Shown here in pieces: positions 1 to 13,080 of a DNA stretch of 64,000 nucleotides. The position numbers were made by a program, and so were the translations under genes. The first letter of the stretch is position 1. Every line of letters begins with the position of its first letter. The notes beneath the pieces were generated by a model. That model was not told the origin of the DNA, did no database searches, and saw only the letters and a list, made by a program, of their open reading frames with translations. Source of the DNA: the human T2T-CHM13v2.0 reference genome, Homo sapiens; the NCBI RefSeq assembly GCF_009914755.1, contig NC_060928.1; one strand, written 5' to 3'.

Positions 1-327
1 CTCTTTTGTTAGCAAATACCTCTGGCTGATTTACAGTAGAACCCCCAGAGATGACTTAATGACATTTTGGCCTCCAATATAACTGGTTTGTGAGGGCTGA
101 ACATCAGTGGTGGTTTTGTAATAGTAATTTATCACTCTGTTTTAAAGACAGCTTTCAAAGATAACTGAATTCATACAAAAATTAGAAAATGTATAACCTA
201 AACAGCATAAATTATATAGGTCATTAACTTCTTAAGTCTTGTTACTCCCATGTATTTTGTTATCAAAGTTATAAACAAGAAGACCTTTAAGAAATAAATA
301 TGAAGTGGATCAGAGCACTTAAAGAAT

Positions 328-397
328 GAGCCGAGATAGCACCATCGTACTCCAGCCTGGGCAACAAGAGCGAAACTCCGTCTCAAAAAAAAAAAAA
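328..397 (+). mobile_element. 5'-truncated Alu (last ~55 nt of right arm + A tail), followed by a TA-rich run to ~430
   Basis: GAGCCGAGAT..CTCCAGCCTGGGCAACAAGAGCGAAACTCCGTCTC-A13. Confidence 0.85.
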
Positions 398-526
398 TGA
401 TATATATATATATAATATATATATAATATTTAGTACCTATCTCTGTAATTCTCAGAAATTTGATTTATGTTTCTCTATCTGCCTTGAGTTATTTGGTCTT
501 TTCCAGAGCTGAATGATAATGATGTA

Positions 527-858
527 CAGTGGTCTTCCCATAGTCTTGGGGGAGATGTTCCAAGACCCACATACCTGAAACTGTGGATAGTCCCAAACTC
601 CATATGTACTAAGTTTTCTCCTATACATACATACCTATGATAAAGTTTAATTTGTAAATTAGACACAATAAGAGATTAACAACAGTAATAATAAAATAGA
701 ACAATTATAACAACATATTTTCTTAGTCTGTTTGAGTTGCTATAAAGGAATATCTGAGGCGGAGTAATTTATAAAGAAGAGAGGTTTATTTTCAGACCAT
801 GGTTGACAGCTGATAAACTGTGGGAAGCTAAAACATGGATAAGGTGGGGGACCTACTA
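527..858 (-). mobile_element. MER44A-like TcMar-Tigger non-autonomous DNA transposon, centre replaced by a MaLR LTR fragment
   Basis: Matches the reverse complement of the MER44 consensus (..cctatacatacatacctatgataaagtttaatttg..aatagaacaattataacaa); TA at both ends (525-526, 859-860). Confidence 0.75.
718..790 (-). mobile_element. MST-type MaLR LTR end fragment
   Basis: tcttagtctgtttgagttgctataaaggaatatctgagg..gtaatttataaagaagagaggtttatt, nearly the same as the LTR end at 41064-41130. Confidence 0.7.
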
Positions 859-2973
859 TATTTTCCTCATTGGTGCTGTTTTATACAGGCGGTCAAATGA
901 TAACTCCTATTTCACAAGAAAGTAAGACAGCAAAAACGAACTGCCTGAACCTTCCATTTTTCCATGTTACTCTTCACTATCTCTACAGGTTCCTTCTTCC
1001 TTTATTCTGGCCTCACTGGAAGAGATTTTCTTCTTTTATTTAAAGGGTAATTCCTCTACCTTTGTTCAGAATTTCTTACTGTTTTTAAAAAACTTTTCAT
1101 CTAATTTTAGACTTGCGGAAGAGCTGCAAAAATAGTAGAGTTCCCTTACATTCCTCACCCCATTTCCCCTAATGCTAACATCTTACATAACCATAATATA
1201 ATTATTACAAGTAGGAAATGAACATTGATATAATATTATTGATTAAACTATAGCTCTTATTAGAATGAAACCAAATTTTCAACTACTGTCTGTTTTCAGT
1301 CCCAGGGTCCTATATAGGAACTCACATTGAATTTAGCAATTTCTCCGTAGTCTCTTTTAAAGTTTCTAACATTTTGCTTGTCTTTTATGACTATGACACT
1401 TTTGAAGAATACTAATCAGTTATTTTTAGAATATCTCGCAGTTTAGGTTTGTCTGATGTTTTCTCATGATTGGACTGAGCCTATGCATTTTTGGCAAGAA
1501 TACCACAAAAATGATGTTGTGTCTTTCTTAGTGCATTGTATTGAGGGGTTTATGATATATGTCTTACTACTTATGATTACTTGATCACTTGGTTGAGTGT
1601 GTTGTTTTTACACTGTGAAGTTACTATCTTTCCCTTTTTAGTTGGTAAGTATCTTGTTGGAGCTACGTGGAGACTGTGTAAATCCTGTTTCTCCTCAAAC
1701 TATTGCTCTCTAATTTTAGCATCTCTCAAGTGGATCTTGTCTGCAGTATTTGTGATATTTGCCTGATGTTGATTGTTTCCCACTTTGCTTCCTATGTTAA
1801 TTTACTTATCGTCTATTGTGAAGAAGAGTTGTCGCTTTTCCTCCATTTACTTATCAGATTGTTTATATCAATATGGACTCATTAATATTTTACTCCTTGT
1901 TTTTGATCTAGTACTATCATTTATTTTGTTGCTGTATTCGTTCCAGCATTGGCTGTTATGGGCTCCTTCAGGTTGGCTCCTGTGTTCTTTCAACAAACCC
2001 CCATCTGTTTTTGAAGTTTTCTTTATTTTCTGACACCATGTCAGCATGTGGAAATTACTATGGTTCTGAGAGTCAGAATTATTACAAAATATATCGTGTA
2101 TCCAGAGAAGTGTCACTCCATCCTTAGCCTTGCTACTCTGTTCCCAAGCCCTTTCCCTCTTCTTTCCACCCCTTTCTCACCTGCCCAGGGTAGGTAACCT
2201 ATCTCTTTAGTTTCTGGTTTATCCTTCCGGTGTTTTTGTTTGTTTGTTTGTTTGTTTGTTTGTTTTTGCTTTTTCAGTAGAAATGTGTATTTTCTTATAT
2301 CCCCCTTCATTCTTACATGAACATAACATACCATAGGGATTTTTTTGCTTTTTTCAGACTTTGCTTTTTTCAGTTAACACTGTGTCCTGGAAATCACTTC
2401 ATATTATAGAGATTTTCCTCATTCTTTATTTCCCCCCACAGTTGCATAACTTGGATGTACCATAGTTTATTCAGTCACTTTCCTATGTGCCATATTCCTA
2501 CCATAGAAAGGTAATTGAATATGGCACATCCAAGTTTCCAATATTTTACAATTACAAAGAATGCTAGAGTGTGTATTTGTCTTTGTATATTTGGAGGTAT
2601 ATTCCCAGGGTGGATTCCTTGAAGTGGAATTGCTGGGGCCAAAGTTAAGTGTATATGTCATTTTGTTACACATTACCAACACTCTCTCTAGAATGGTTGT
2701 ACCAATTTGTATTCCCATCAGCAATGCATGTAAGTGCCTGTTTCCCTTACATCCTCACTAATGGAATGTTTTGTCATATTTTAAAATTTTTGCGAGTCTA
2801 ATAGATGAGAAATGGTATTTCAGTGTTGTTTTAATTGGCATTTCTCTAATTTTGAGTGAATTTGAGCGATTGTTACTTGAGGGCCCTTGTAATTTTTTTT
2901 TTTTTTTTTTTTTTTGGTGAATTGACTGTCTTTTTTCCTGTATCTGATTTTTGGTCCTTTTTCCCTTTGTTTT

Positions 2974-3955
2974 GTTTTTTTCCGCCCCATTTTAATGTTT
3001 ACAAGTTAATAATCTCTTGATGATTGCAGACAGGTATAGCTGTTTGGTAGTACTCAGAAACATTACAGTAATGGTAGTTTTTTCAGTTGGTGTGTAGTGC
3101 TCAATAATTATATATAAAATTGCTGTCAAACCAGTAAGACTGCATTTATGCATCCATCATTTTCAGGATTGTTGATAACCTGGGCATATTTCCCCAAATA
3201 ACTTTGCCTCCCTGTGTCACAAGGCCCACTTCACTCACATTTACCTCAGTGACAGTCTTTGGTAATAACACCCAAAGTTGTATACAGCGGGAATGACGGA
3301 TTCTTCTTTACACCAAGTATTGGTAGGCAAAAGGTGGCTTTCAGTTCAGGTTGTGTTACATGGACTTTCTTGAAATGCAAGCCCATTGGCCTGATGAATC
3401 TTTCATATTTAGGTGGTTTTCTTGTAAAGACATCTCTAGCAAAGCAGACTTCAGTAACCATCCTCTTCCATGCCTTCTTCTTTCTCTTTCCTGTTTGAAT
3501 AACTTAATGCTTCTGTTTCTCCCTGGGCACATACTTTAGGCAGAGGGACTTCCCATTTTCCCTCATTCTCTTTTCGTTTCTGTTTAATCATATTGGAAAG
3601 TACTTTAGCTCGAGATTGTCTCTCTGTCCTGCTGATAGGCAGGTACTGCTCCCTGTGGAATCTTTTCATCATTCTTTTGTTTGGTGTTTCTCTTTTCATG
3701 CATCTTGATGGTCTTTTTTATTTGTATTTTCTCAGCATGGCGCTGTTTATGATTAAGCTTAGCCTTCAGACCAATCATTTTCTTTGCCTTCTTTGAACAT
3801 TCTTGAGCTTCTCGACTTTCCTTCTTTCTCTTTCTCTCATGGTAATCCAAATGGTATAGCATTTATGGTGTAATTCAATATATTCATTCTGTGGCACAGT
3901 GACGGCTGCAGAGCACCCAGAAGCAGCCCTTGGGGTGCAAAAATGCTCTCCTTTA
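2974..3955 (-). pseudogene. Processed pseudogene of NSA2 (ribosome biogenesis factor); CDS-homologous part 3897->3126
   Basis: ORF fragments give NSA2 peptides ([28 protein letters not shown]..; [26 protein letters not shown]; [32 protein letters not shown]; ends ..NAVLLV-TGA at 3128-3126). Intronless; start codon reads GTG (3897-3895); frameshifts near 3857, 3622, 3505 and 3257; ATTAAA at 2996-2991, A-rich tail, TSD CCTTTGTTTT at 2964-2973 and 3956-3965. Confidence 0.93.
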
Positions 3956-4986
3956 CCTTTGTTTTTAAGAATTCTTTATATATTAGCCTTTTATGGTGTA
4001 TGTTGCGAATATTTCATCTTAGTTTGCTTTGCATGTACTATGTGTGTTGTCCAATTAAAAAATTTTATGTAGTCAATATTTTCTTTTATTGTTTCTGGAT
4101 TCTCCTTTCCCTATACCAACTTTGAGCAGAATTCATCCATTTTTTTCTAGTACTTTCTCTGGTTTCATATTTTATATCTAGATTCCTAATCCATTTGGAG
4201 TTTATTCTGGAATATGATGTGAGATAGAGATCGAATTTTATATTTTCCAGATGGATACCTAGTTTTCCTGGCACCATTTATTGAAAAGTCCATCTGTACT
4301 TTAGTGATTTGAGATGCCACCTTTGTTATTTACTAAATTTCTGGGTATATTTGGGTCTAATTCTAGACTTTTTAAATTCCACTGGCCTATTTATGTGCTA
4401 GTCCCACACTGCTTTAATTATAGATGTTTTTTGGTGTTGTAGTGTTTGATAGAGGTGGTCTCCTTGTGGTTTTCCTTTTTCAATGATTTCCTACCTATTC
4501 TTGCGTGTTTGATTTTCCACACAACTTGAATATCAACTTGCCAAACTTTACAAAATAGCTTGTTAGTATTTTCATTGTATTGTATCGAATTTATAAAGTA
4601 AGGGAGAAATGACATCTTTATAATGTTGTCATCCTGTCTTAGAATGGGGATATCTTTCTCTTTGCTCAAGTGTTCTTCAGTGTCTTTCAGTGGTGCTGAA
4701 ATTTTCCTTGTGTAGTTTTTACACATTGTTTAGTTTATTCCTAACTATTTAGTCTTTTTATTGCTATTATAAATGGGATTTTCTCTGCCATTATTTTCCC
4801 TGATTATTGTTTTTGTATAGGAGAACATTTTTGTATGTTAATTATCTTGCTACTTCATTGAATTTTATTTTTGAGTTAATTTTATTATTGATTCTTCAAG
4901 GGTTTTTAGGCTACCATTATATCATCTGCAAATAGAGATAGTTTTACTTTCTCCTTACCTATTATTCCTCTGATTGATTTTTCTTA

Positions 4987-5462
<476 letters not shown>

Positions 5463-7339
5463 TTACGTCCTAATTCTTGTTTCTTTGAGTGTTGGGTTTC
5501 GAATGGGTGTTGAATTTTGTCACATACACTCCATCTCAGTGGTATGGAGAAAATTGTATGTTTCCTACCTGCCTTAGATTTATGAATACGGTATGTACTA
5601 ATAGATTTCCTAATTGAACCAATCCTTTACCTCTAGGATAAATGCCATTTGGCCATGTTGTATTATTTTCTTAATGTATTACATTCTGTTAGCAAACAGT
5701 AAAATCATTCCCTCCAGTGTATTTCTAGAGTAAAAATTTGTTTCTTTGCATTATTGTAGCTAAAATGGTGTCTGGTACTTATTTGTGTGTATATTTATCT
5801 CTGTGATTAGATTCAGAGTGCTTTTAGAGCTGGAACTAGAGTTTACTTTTTATTACCCTTAGTGCCTAGCAGAATTCTTCATATGTAGTTGGTAACATCT
5901 AAATTTTACTGAACAAAAATAGAAGCAGAAATAGCACATTAAACTTTTCTTGAATGAAATTTGAGTATAATGTTTCACTTAGCAAACAGTCACATCAGTC
6001 CTAAAGAGCACTAACCACCACATGAAGGTCAGGGAGATCTGAGTTCTGGTCTGGAACTTTGTTTTACATAGGTCACAAAAACTAACATTTTGGCATCAGA
6101 CATCACAGTTTTTTCATTTGTCAAATCAGTTGACGCTCTGATCTTTTAAAATCTGTTTCATATCTAAATGATCTTATGAAATTAATTTTTACTTATTGCA
6201 GTGTGCATTTTTACATTTTGCCAAATAATTTTTCTGAATTTTTATTTGTCTTTAGAATGGTTTGCCTGTTGTAATGAATAGATATACATATGATTATGGA
6301 TAATTTTGAAAAGCAAATTCTGAATACAAATAAATTAGTTATTATTTTCCCCATTTTTTAGTTGAACAAATTTAACCTTCAGAGAAATGGCGACTGATTT
6401 AGAGGAATTGGTAAGGCTGGAGCACAATATGGGGTTTTCTGTCTCCAGTTACAGTGTTTCTGTGCCAATCTGCCATCTGTTTATGTGACACAGTACTAGG
6501 CACAGTGTTTCTTCAACTAAGCCAAGCTACTGTGATTCAGTGTGATAAGTTTTAATGTAGGATTTAGAGCTGGATTATTTATGTTTAGTCCAAAAATCAA
6601 AAACAAATTCTTTGCACAATATGTATTCCTTGCGGGGGATTCAGGGTTCCTTGTGATTTAAAATAGCTTGAGTGTTTCACATTTGGCAAAGCAGTGTTGT
6701 AGTTACAGGTAATCCTGAGAAGCTAGAGAATTATGTATACGGTACGTATCTTAGTTCATGGATTTGATTTTTTAAGATCAGATCTCTGAATCTATCCTGT
6801 TGAGAGATGATCAGAGGAAGATTGTGCATGTGTGTTCTAGGAAAGATTGACAGCCTAGCCAATGATGGGATTCATAAAAATAAATGAAAGTATTCTGTTT
6901 GTGGTTTACTGTTGTGAGTTTTGTCTTTGTAATTGTCACTCTGATAGATGCTAAACTAGAAATTTCCTGCTCAATAGGGAGTTAAGTCTGGATGACGGTG
7001 ATCTGAAGGAAACTACTGCCAAGCAATTGATTGTTCATACTTGTCTGGAAATTAACATTGAAATCCATGTTATGCATTCCTTGTGTTTTTAGCTATACCC
7101 AAATATGCAGCATTCATGGGGAACATTCTTATTAAATTTAAAAAAAGAACAGGTACGTGAGTATAAGCTGAATTTATCCTCCAATTTAAAAGCATTATAT
7201 GAGTTTACAGTTAACAAAAGTACAGTTTAGGAATATTTTATGACTTTAAAATTCCCTACTCATTAGTATTCTACTAATTTAAACCTGCATGTTTAAAACT
7301 TATGGGTCAGATTTGTTACCAGAAGAACAGTAGCCTAAT

Positions 7340-7520
7340 AGGCAACATTCATTGAGGGCCTATTAAGTGTCAGGCGTTGTATTAGGTTTTACATATATCA
7401 TCTCGTTTAATGCTACAATAACCCTGTTGATGTTTTTCTCCCATTTTATAGATTAGGCAACTAAAACTTGGAAAGGTCAACATAGCTTTTAAGGAGCAGA
7501 GCTATGATTTGAGCCTCAAT
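7340..7520 (-). mobile_element. MIR
   Basis: ..tttaatgctacaataaccctg..cccattttatagattaggcaactaaaactt..gcagagctatgatttgagcc. Confidence 0.6.
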
Positions 7521-7789
7521 GAAAGAAAAGATGAGTAAATTTAGGAAACTGTATAGAAAAAAACTATTTAAAAGTAGAAGCAAGAAATTGGGGAAACAAG
7601 CAAATTAGGTATATTTTTATAACAGTGACAACAAAAAAAGCAAAGAAATTGCATTAGATATTTATTAGTTTATCCTGAGATTGTAGTCTTAATTCTTCTG
7701 TCTGTCCTTCAATATAGTAACACTAGAACATATACCTATTTCTAATATTTAAGGAAAATATACAGATATTTGCACTCTTCTTTTGTGTA

Positions 7790-8520
7790 ACTCAGACATC
7801 TAAAAAGTGAAACGAGTACAGATCCTGCATCCAAGGTCGTATTGTTTAATAGAGGAAATTTAAATGAAATAAAATGCAGAATAATAATTCCTTTAGCGTG
7901 GTACAAGTCAAGCATTGTGGCAGTTCAGAGGAGTAGCAGCCAGGAATATCAGTGAAGGTGCCATTTATTCTGAAGTCTTATAGCGTGGGTACAATTTGAA
8001 CTACTTGAACAAAAGCACAGATAAAGAACATTGAGAAATACGTATGGAGAAGAGTAAGTTTGATTTCATAGGGTATCTGAAGAAACATGATTGGTAGAAA
8101 GAAAACAGGTCAGACCATAGGAAGGATTTTGAGTGTCAAGCTGAGGAGTCGGCTTTTACATTGTAGACACATCGGGGAGGGAGACAGACCATGTTAAAGA
8201 TATACGTAAGTTATTTTATAATGTAATGTAAACTAGTGTTTACTGCTGTAAAGCATAAGGGGCTAGAGTGATGAAGAGTGCTAATTGACATAGATTGGTC
8301 AATGGTAGCCCTTCTGAGGAGTTGATGTTTGAGCAGAAACCTAAATGAGGTGAGGAAGAGAATCGTGAAAATCCAGGAGTAAGAATTTTCCAGACAGAGC
8401 AAAGAGCAAGAGCAAAAATATTAGTAAGATTGGTGTGTTTGAGAAACAGTGGAGAGGGCTCTGTGGGTAGAACTGCCTGTCAGGAAAGATGGAAAGGAAT
8501 GTGGTTCAAGATGTAGCTAG
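7790..8520 (-). mobile_element. L2 fragments
   Basis: Purine-rich antisense L2 motifs (gaggagttgatgtttgagcagaaacctaaatgaggtgagg..ggtgtgtttgagaaacag). Confidence 0.55.
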
Positions 8521-10424
8521 CAGCTAGGATGGCTTTCCCTAGAGTAAATGAATTTCTGTATCATCTGTGTTCAGTAATTATCCGGATTTCACCATATTTG
8601 CCTTATTCATTCATTTATAATAATAGGTTTGAGAATTACCTTCCTACTGAGGCCATGAAATTGCCAAGATAGATAGAAGAAAGAAAGAAACACAAGGCTG
8701 CAGACAGTAACGTTTATAATCATATTTCAAATCTGTCTTGATTGTGGTCTGTTTTAGAAAAGTACATTTAGGGTACCCATAGTGACAAAGTTACAAAGAG
8801 TAGCTGTGCTGGTAAATACTAGTATTATTGGAACTACTTCAACATTTGTTCTGTTAGTCTTGAGCTGAAATCAGTGTGCTATAATTTTACATTTGATTTT
8901 CACAACAGCTGTGTTATATATAGGTGAGGTTAAAAATCTCATTTTATAAATGAGGAAACAAAGTTATACAAGTAAAGTGAGATGCAAAGGATAAAAAGAG
9001 ACAGAGCTGGACCTTAAGTCCATGTCTCTTAATATGTTGGTTAGTTCTGCAATTTCATTAAGTAGGCTTATTCACCTAATAGTTTTGAACCATGTTGAAT
9101 TACCACATTGTAATAAATACATTAACCACTTTTCAAAGGCCATATTTTTACTAATACAGAAGGAAATTCCAAAAACTATTTGAATTATGAATTTAATAGA
9201 ATTACTTTCTTTTTTCGTAGGCAAAAATCTGAATAATTTCATCTGACACAGAAGGCATTTGTGTTTTTTGGTATTGGAACAAAATATGATCTCTCTTGAG
9301 ATGCATAATTAGTCCACTAAGCACTGCAGCCTTCATTGTCTGAAGCCATAACTAAAACAGTTAGGATTGAATTAGCTTTGTGTCTTTCTTTTCTTCTTTC
9401 ACTTTCTTTACTTTCTTCATTGCTTTGCCTGGAATTGACTGAACTTAAGAATTTGATCCTTTAAATAGGAAGAAAATATAACTACTTGATAACAGAACAA
9501 AATAGCTACTTGACATATGTAGTTAATAACCTGAACATTGGAAATATTTCACAGTACTTTTTATTGCATTTTCAAATAACTTTAAAAAAATAGTAGATTT
9601 AAGAAACAGCTAGAAATACTTTATTATACCACTTTGTTTTTGTTTGCTCAGTGGTAAACTGGATTAAAGAGCAATGTAAATGTGTTAGAAAATATAATGT
9701 CTTACGCAGTTCCACAAATCTAACCAAGGCTAAGGCAAGTTCTTTTAGATCCTTTCTAGAAAGTTTCTACATTGTTTCTAAGCATTTTAGAAATTACGTT
9801 TTACTATGAATAATGTAATGAATAGCAGGAAACTTATTTCTGGTGTGCCTTTCTTTTGCATTATTAAGATAGTGTTTTAGTCTTTGGATGACTCTTATTT
9901 TCCATATGGTATTAGCCTATAAATGCTAAATTGTCAAATGTAAAGCCATTTATGTTAGTGTCAAAGTGTATTTTCAGGATTTGAAAAATGTAAGTAGCAT
10001 GAGAAAAAAAGTACATTGACTTTTAAATTTTAGCCCTGCCTTGGGCAGCTACAGAAAAGGCTATACAGTAGGGGTTGAATTGTCAGGGAGGAGAATTACT
10101 GTGTATCCTCAGGGTAAAGATGAAGTTAGTGGAGATTTGTCCACTGTCCAAATTGGCCAGTATGAAGAAAGGAGGGGGAGACTATGGTATGAGAAGCAGC
10201 TAGAGAAGTAGGTAGAGGTCAGACTGTAAGCAGTTTTATGAGCCACGTTATCACGATTGTAGTACTGAGAAAGTTTGCTGGAGTGCTATTTGGTCCACCA
10301 AAGGACAGGAGGGAAGCTGTTCTCCCCCAGTGCAGTTGAAATGGGTTACATTTATGACATTGAGTGAAAAGACCCATAGGGCCTGCCAATCTAAGAGGCA
10401 ATTTATAGCATCAGGCAATTTACA

Positions 10425-10648
10425 GAATTTCTCACCCTTGACACTATTGACATATTTGGGTAATTTTTTATTTTGGGGAATTGTCTTAAACAGCATTGTA
10501 CAATGTTTTCCAGCATCTCTGGCCTCTGCCTTCAAAATGCCAGGAGGACACCATTCCCAGCTATAACAACCAGACATTGCTAAATGGTGGGTGGTGGGGA
10601 GGTGGTGTCAAAATCCACCCCCAACATCCCCAGTTTGAAAACCACTGA
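10425..10648. mobile_element. MER20 (hAT-Charlie)
   Basis: tttctcacccttgacactattgacat..cagcatctctggcctct..ccagacattgctaaatg..gtttgaaaaccactg. Confidence 0.75.
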
Positions 10649-11014
10649 GCTGTCATGATCAATGATAACATGTGCATATTTTTGGGCGGTTGATGCCATT
10701 TTCAACAACAGGCTTGTTATCCTGGCACTCCTAATTTCCAGGTGTCCTAGTTTAATTCTGCAACTGCCAACTGCTAGGAGTAGGAGGTTCCTGGATGCAG
10801 CTGTCTCTAAGGCTCTGGGATTAGCAGAAGACAGCCCTAATGATATAAATGGAGGTTAATGCATCAGTCTGCAGTTGTTGGAAGTGAAGGGTCAGAGTAA
10901 ATTAAGATGGGTGCTGCTCTTAACTGCTCATGATAATATGGAGATAAAAGAAACAACAGTACAAGTTGTCAACATCAAGAAAGCAGTGTGTTTGATTCAT
11001 ATAAATGTCTGAAT

Positions 11015-11715
11015 GTGTATATATATAACATGTATTATATATATTTTATATATATAATATAACATGTAATATATATATTATATATAATATAACGTAATAT
11101 ATATATTATATATAATATAACATGTAATATATATTATATATAATATAACATGTATTATATATTATATATAATATAAGATGTATTATATATTATATATAAT
11201 ATAAGATGTATTATATATTATATATAATATAAGATGTATTATATATTATATATAATATAAGATGTATTATATATTATATATAATATAAGATGTATTATAT
11301 ATTATATATAATATAAGATGTATTATATATTATATATAATATAACATGTATTATATATAATATATAATATAACATGTATTACATATTATATATATAACAT
11401 AACATGTATTATATATATTTTATATATAATATAACATGTATTATATATATTTTATATATAATATAACATGTATTATATATTATATATAATATAACATGTA
11501 TTATATATTATATATAATATAACATGTATTATATATTATATATAATATAACATGTATTATATATTATATATAATATAACATGTATTATATATTATATATA
11601 ATATAACATGTATTATATATTATATATAATATAACATGTATTATATATATTATATATAATATATAATATATATAATATATATTATTTATATATATATAAT
11701 ATATATATATATATA
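11015..11715. repeat. AT-rich minisatellite, 28-bp unit AA(C/G)ATGTATTATATATTATATATAATAT, ~22 units
   Basis: Unit read directly, e.g. 11521-11548; six consecutive AAGATG variants (~11175-11320) among AACATG units. Confidence 0.95.
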
Positions 11716-11754
11716 GTTGGGAGGGCCTGTTCATGTATTTCAGTCACTCTAGGA

Positions 11755-12255
11755 GAGGCAGTGTAATATAAAGATTAAAAACTTAAACCAGGTTGCCAGG
11801 TTTGAATCCCCACGTCATCACTTGCTAGCTGTGTATCATTAAGCAAATTTCCTAATCTTTCTGTTTTCTTATGTGTGAAGAGTATTGGTGTGAAATAGGA
11901 ATAATAATGGTACCTAGGTCAGAGATTTGTTGTGAGGTTAAATGAGATAATGCACATAAAGTGAGTAGAATTAAATCAGTTAATATGTAAAATTAATGTG
12001 AAAAACATAGACTAGTTCCTGATATATGGTGAGTACTCATTAAATGCTAGCTCTTATTGTTGTAGAGCTTCATTTGCAAGTGGATACATTATTTAAATTA
12101 GTTAATTTCCTTAACCTTTTTAGGCTGCAGTCTCCTCATCTGTAAGATTGGGAAAATCATATTTACTTCACCAGGGTAGTTGTGAAGGCTGAATGAAATG
12201 ATTTATGTAATGTGCTTAGCACAGTGGCTGGCATGTAGTAAACTCTCAATAAAGG
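11755..12255 (+). mobile_element. Two adjacent MIR elements
   Basis: ggtttgaatccc..cttgctagctgtgt..; ctcatctgtaagattggg..tgtgcttagcacagtggctggcatgtagtaaactctcaataaa. Confidence 0.7.
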
Positions 12256-12449
12256 CCAGATTTTTAGTGATGAGTGTTAGGATTAGAGTAGGGAACTATG
12301 AAGGTATCAAACAAATTTTATAGCATTCTGACATTCTAAAAACTTGCTAGACCATTTCAGAGTTATCACCTGATACTCAAAAGCATTCATAAAGATATTG
12401 GAAGACCATATTCCATTTATCTACTTCCTGATTGTAAATCTGATGTCAA

Positions 12450-12870
12450 GGTCTTATGTTGTAAGCAAATGAAACCAGTTCCAGCTCATTTACTTAGAAA
12501 AGGGATTTACCAAGAGGCTATGAGGTAGTGTATAGAATTGCCTGGAGCATTGGAAAACCAGAATCCAGGCCCACATATCTAGGAATATTGATCCAAATCA
12601 TGGTTGAGCAGTGGTCCAATGACGGCATCATTGCTTAACACTGGATTTGGCAGTTTGCACTGCCAATACCTGTAGCTCTGGTGACTGGATGCTGCCACTA
12701 TGGTCACTTCTGACCTGGAAATTTGATCTTGCTGATTATTTTTGCCCCCTAGTGAGTTCTTTGATATCTTTCTTCGTAACCCTAGTTTCTGATTCTAAGT
12801 CTGGGGCAAGTGGGCTTTGATTTGGCAGAGCCTAGATCATGATGGCAGTGCCCTAGAGCTTGGGAAAGAA
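12450..12870. mobile_element. Old MLT1-type MaLR LTR (degraded)
   Basis: ttgtaagcaaatgaaaccagttccagctcatttacttagaaaagggattta..gatttggcagagcctagatcatg..ccctag. Confidence 0.45.
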
Positions 12871-12874
12871 TAGT

Positions 12875-13080
12875 ATTAATGTAACTGAATATAGCACTCA
12901 TATGTCAAGCGCTCTTCTAAATACTTTATGTTTTTATTTTGTGCCACAACAATGCTATGAGGTAGGTACCATTATCATCTTACAGATGAAGGAAGAGAGC
13001 TTTAGGAATTTGCCTAAGGTTCACAGCTAGTGGAGGAGCCATGAATTGAACACAAACAATCTGGCTTCAGATATTTGCTT
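12875..13080 (-). mobile_element. MIR
   Basis: cacaacaatgctatgaggtaggtaccattatc..ttacagatgaaggaa..ttgcctaaggttcacagctagt. Confidence 0.7.

Noticed and set aside
3126-3897. Functional NSA2 retrogene
   Set aside because: Start codon lost and at least four frameshifts
6362-6410. Possible 49-nt exon (ttttag|...TTG|GTAAGG)
   Set aside because: Lies in a degraded MIR-like segment with a mediocre donor and no further support
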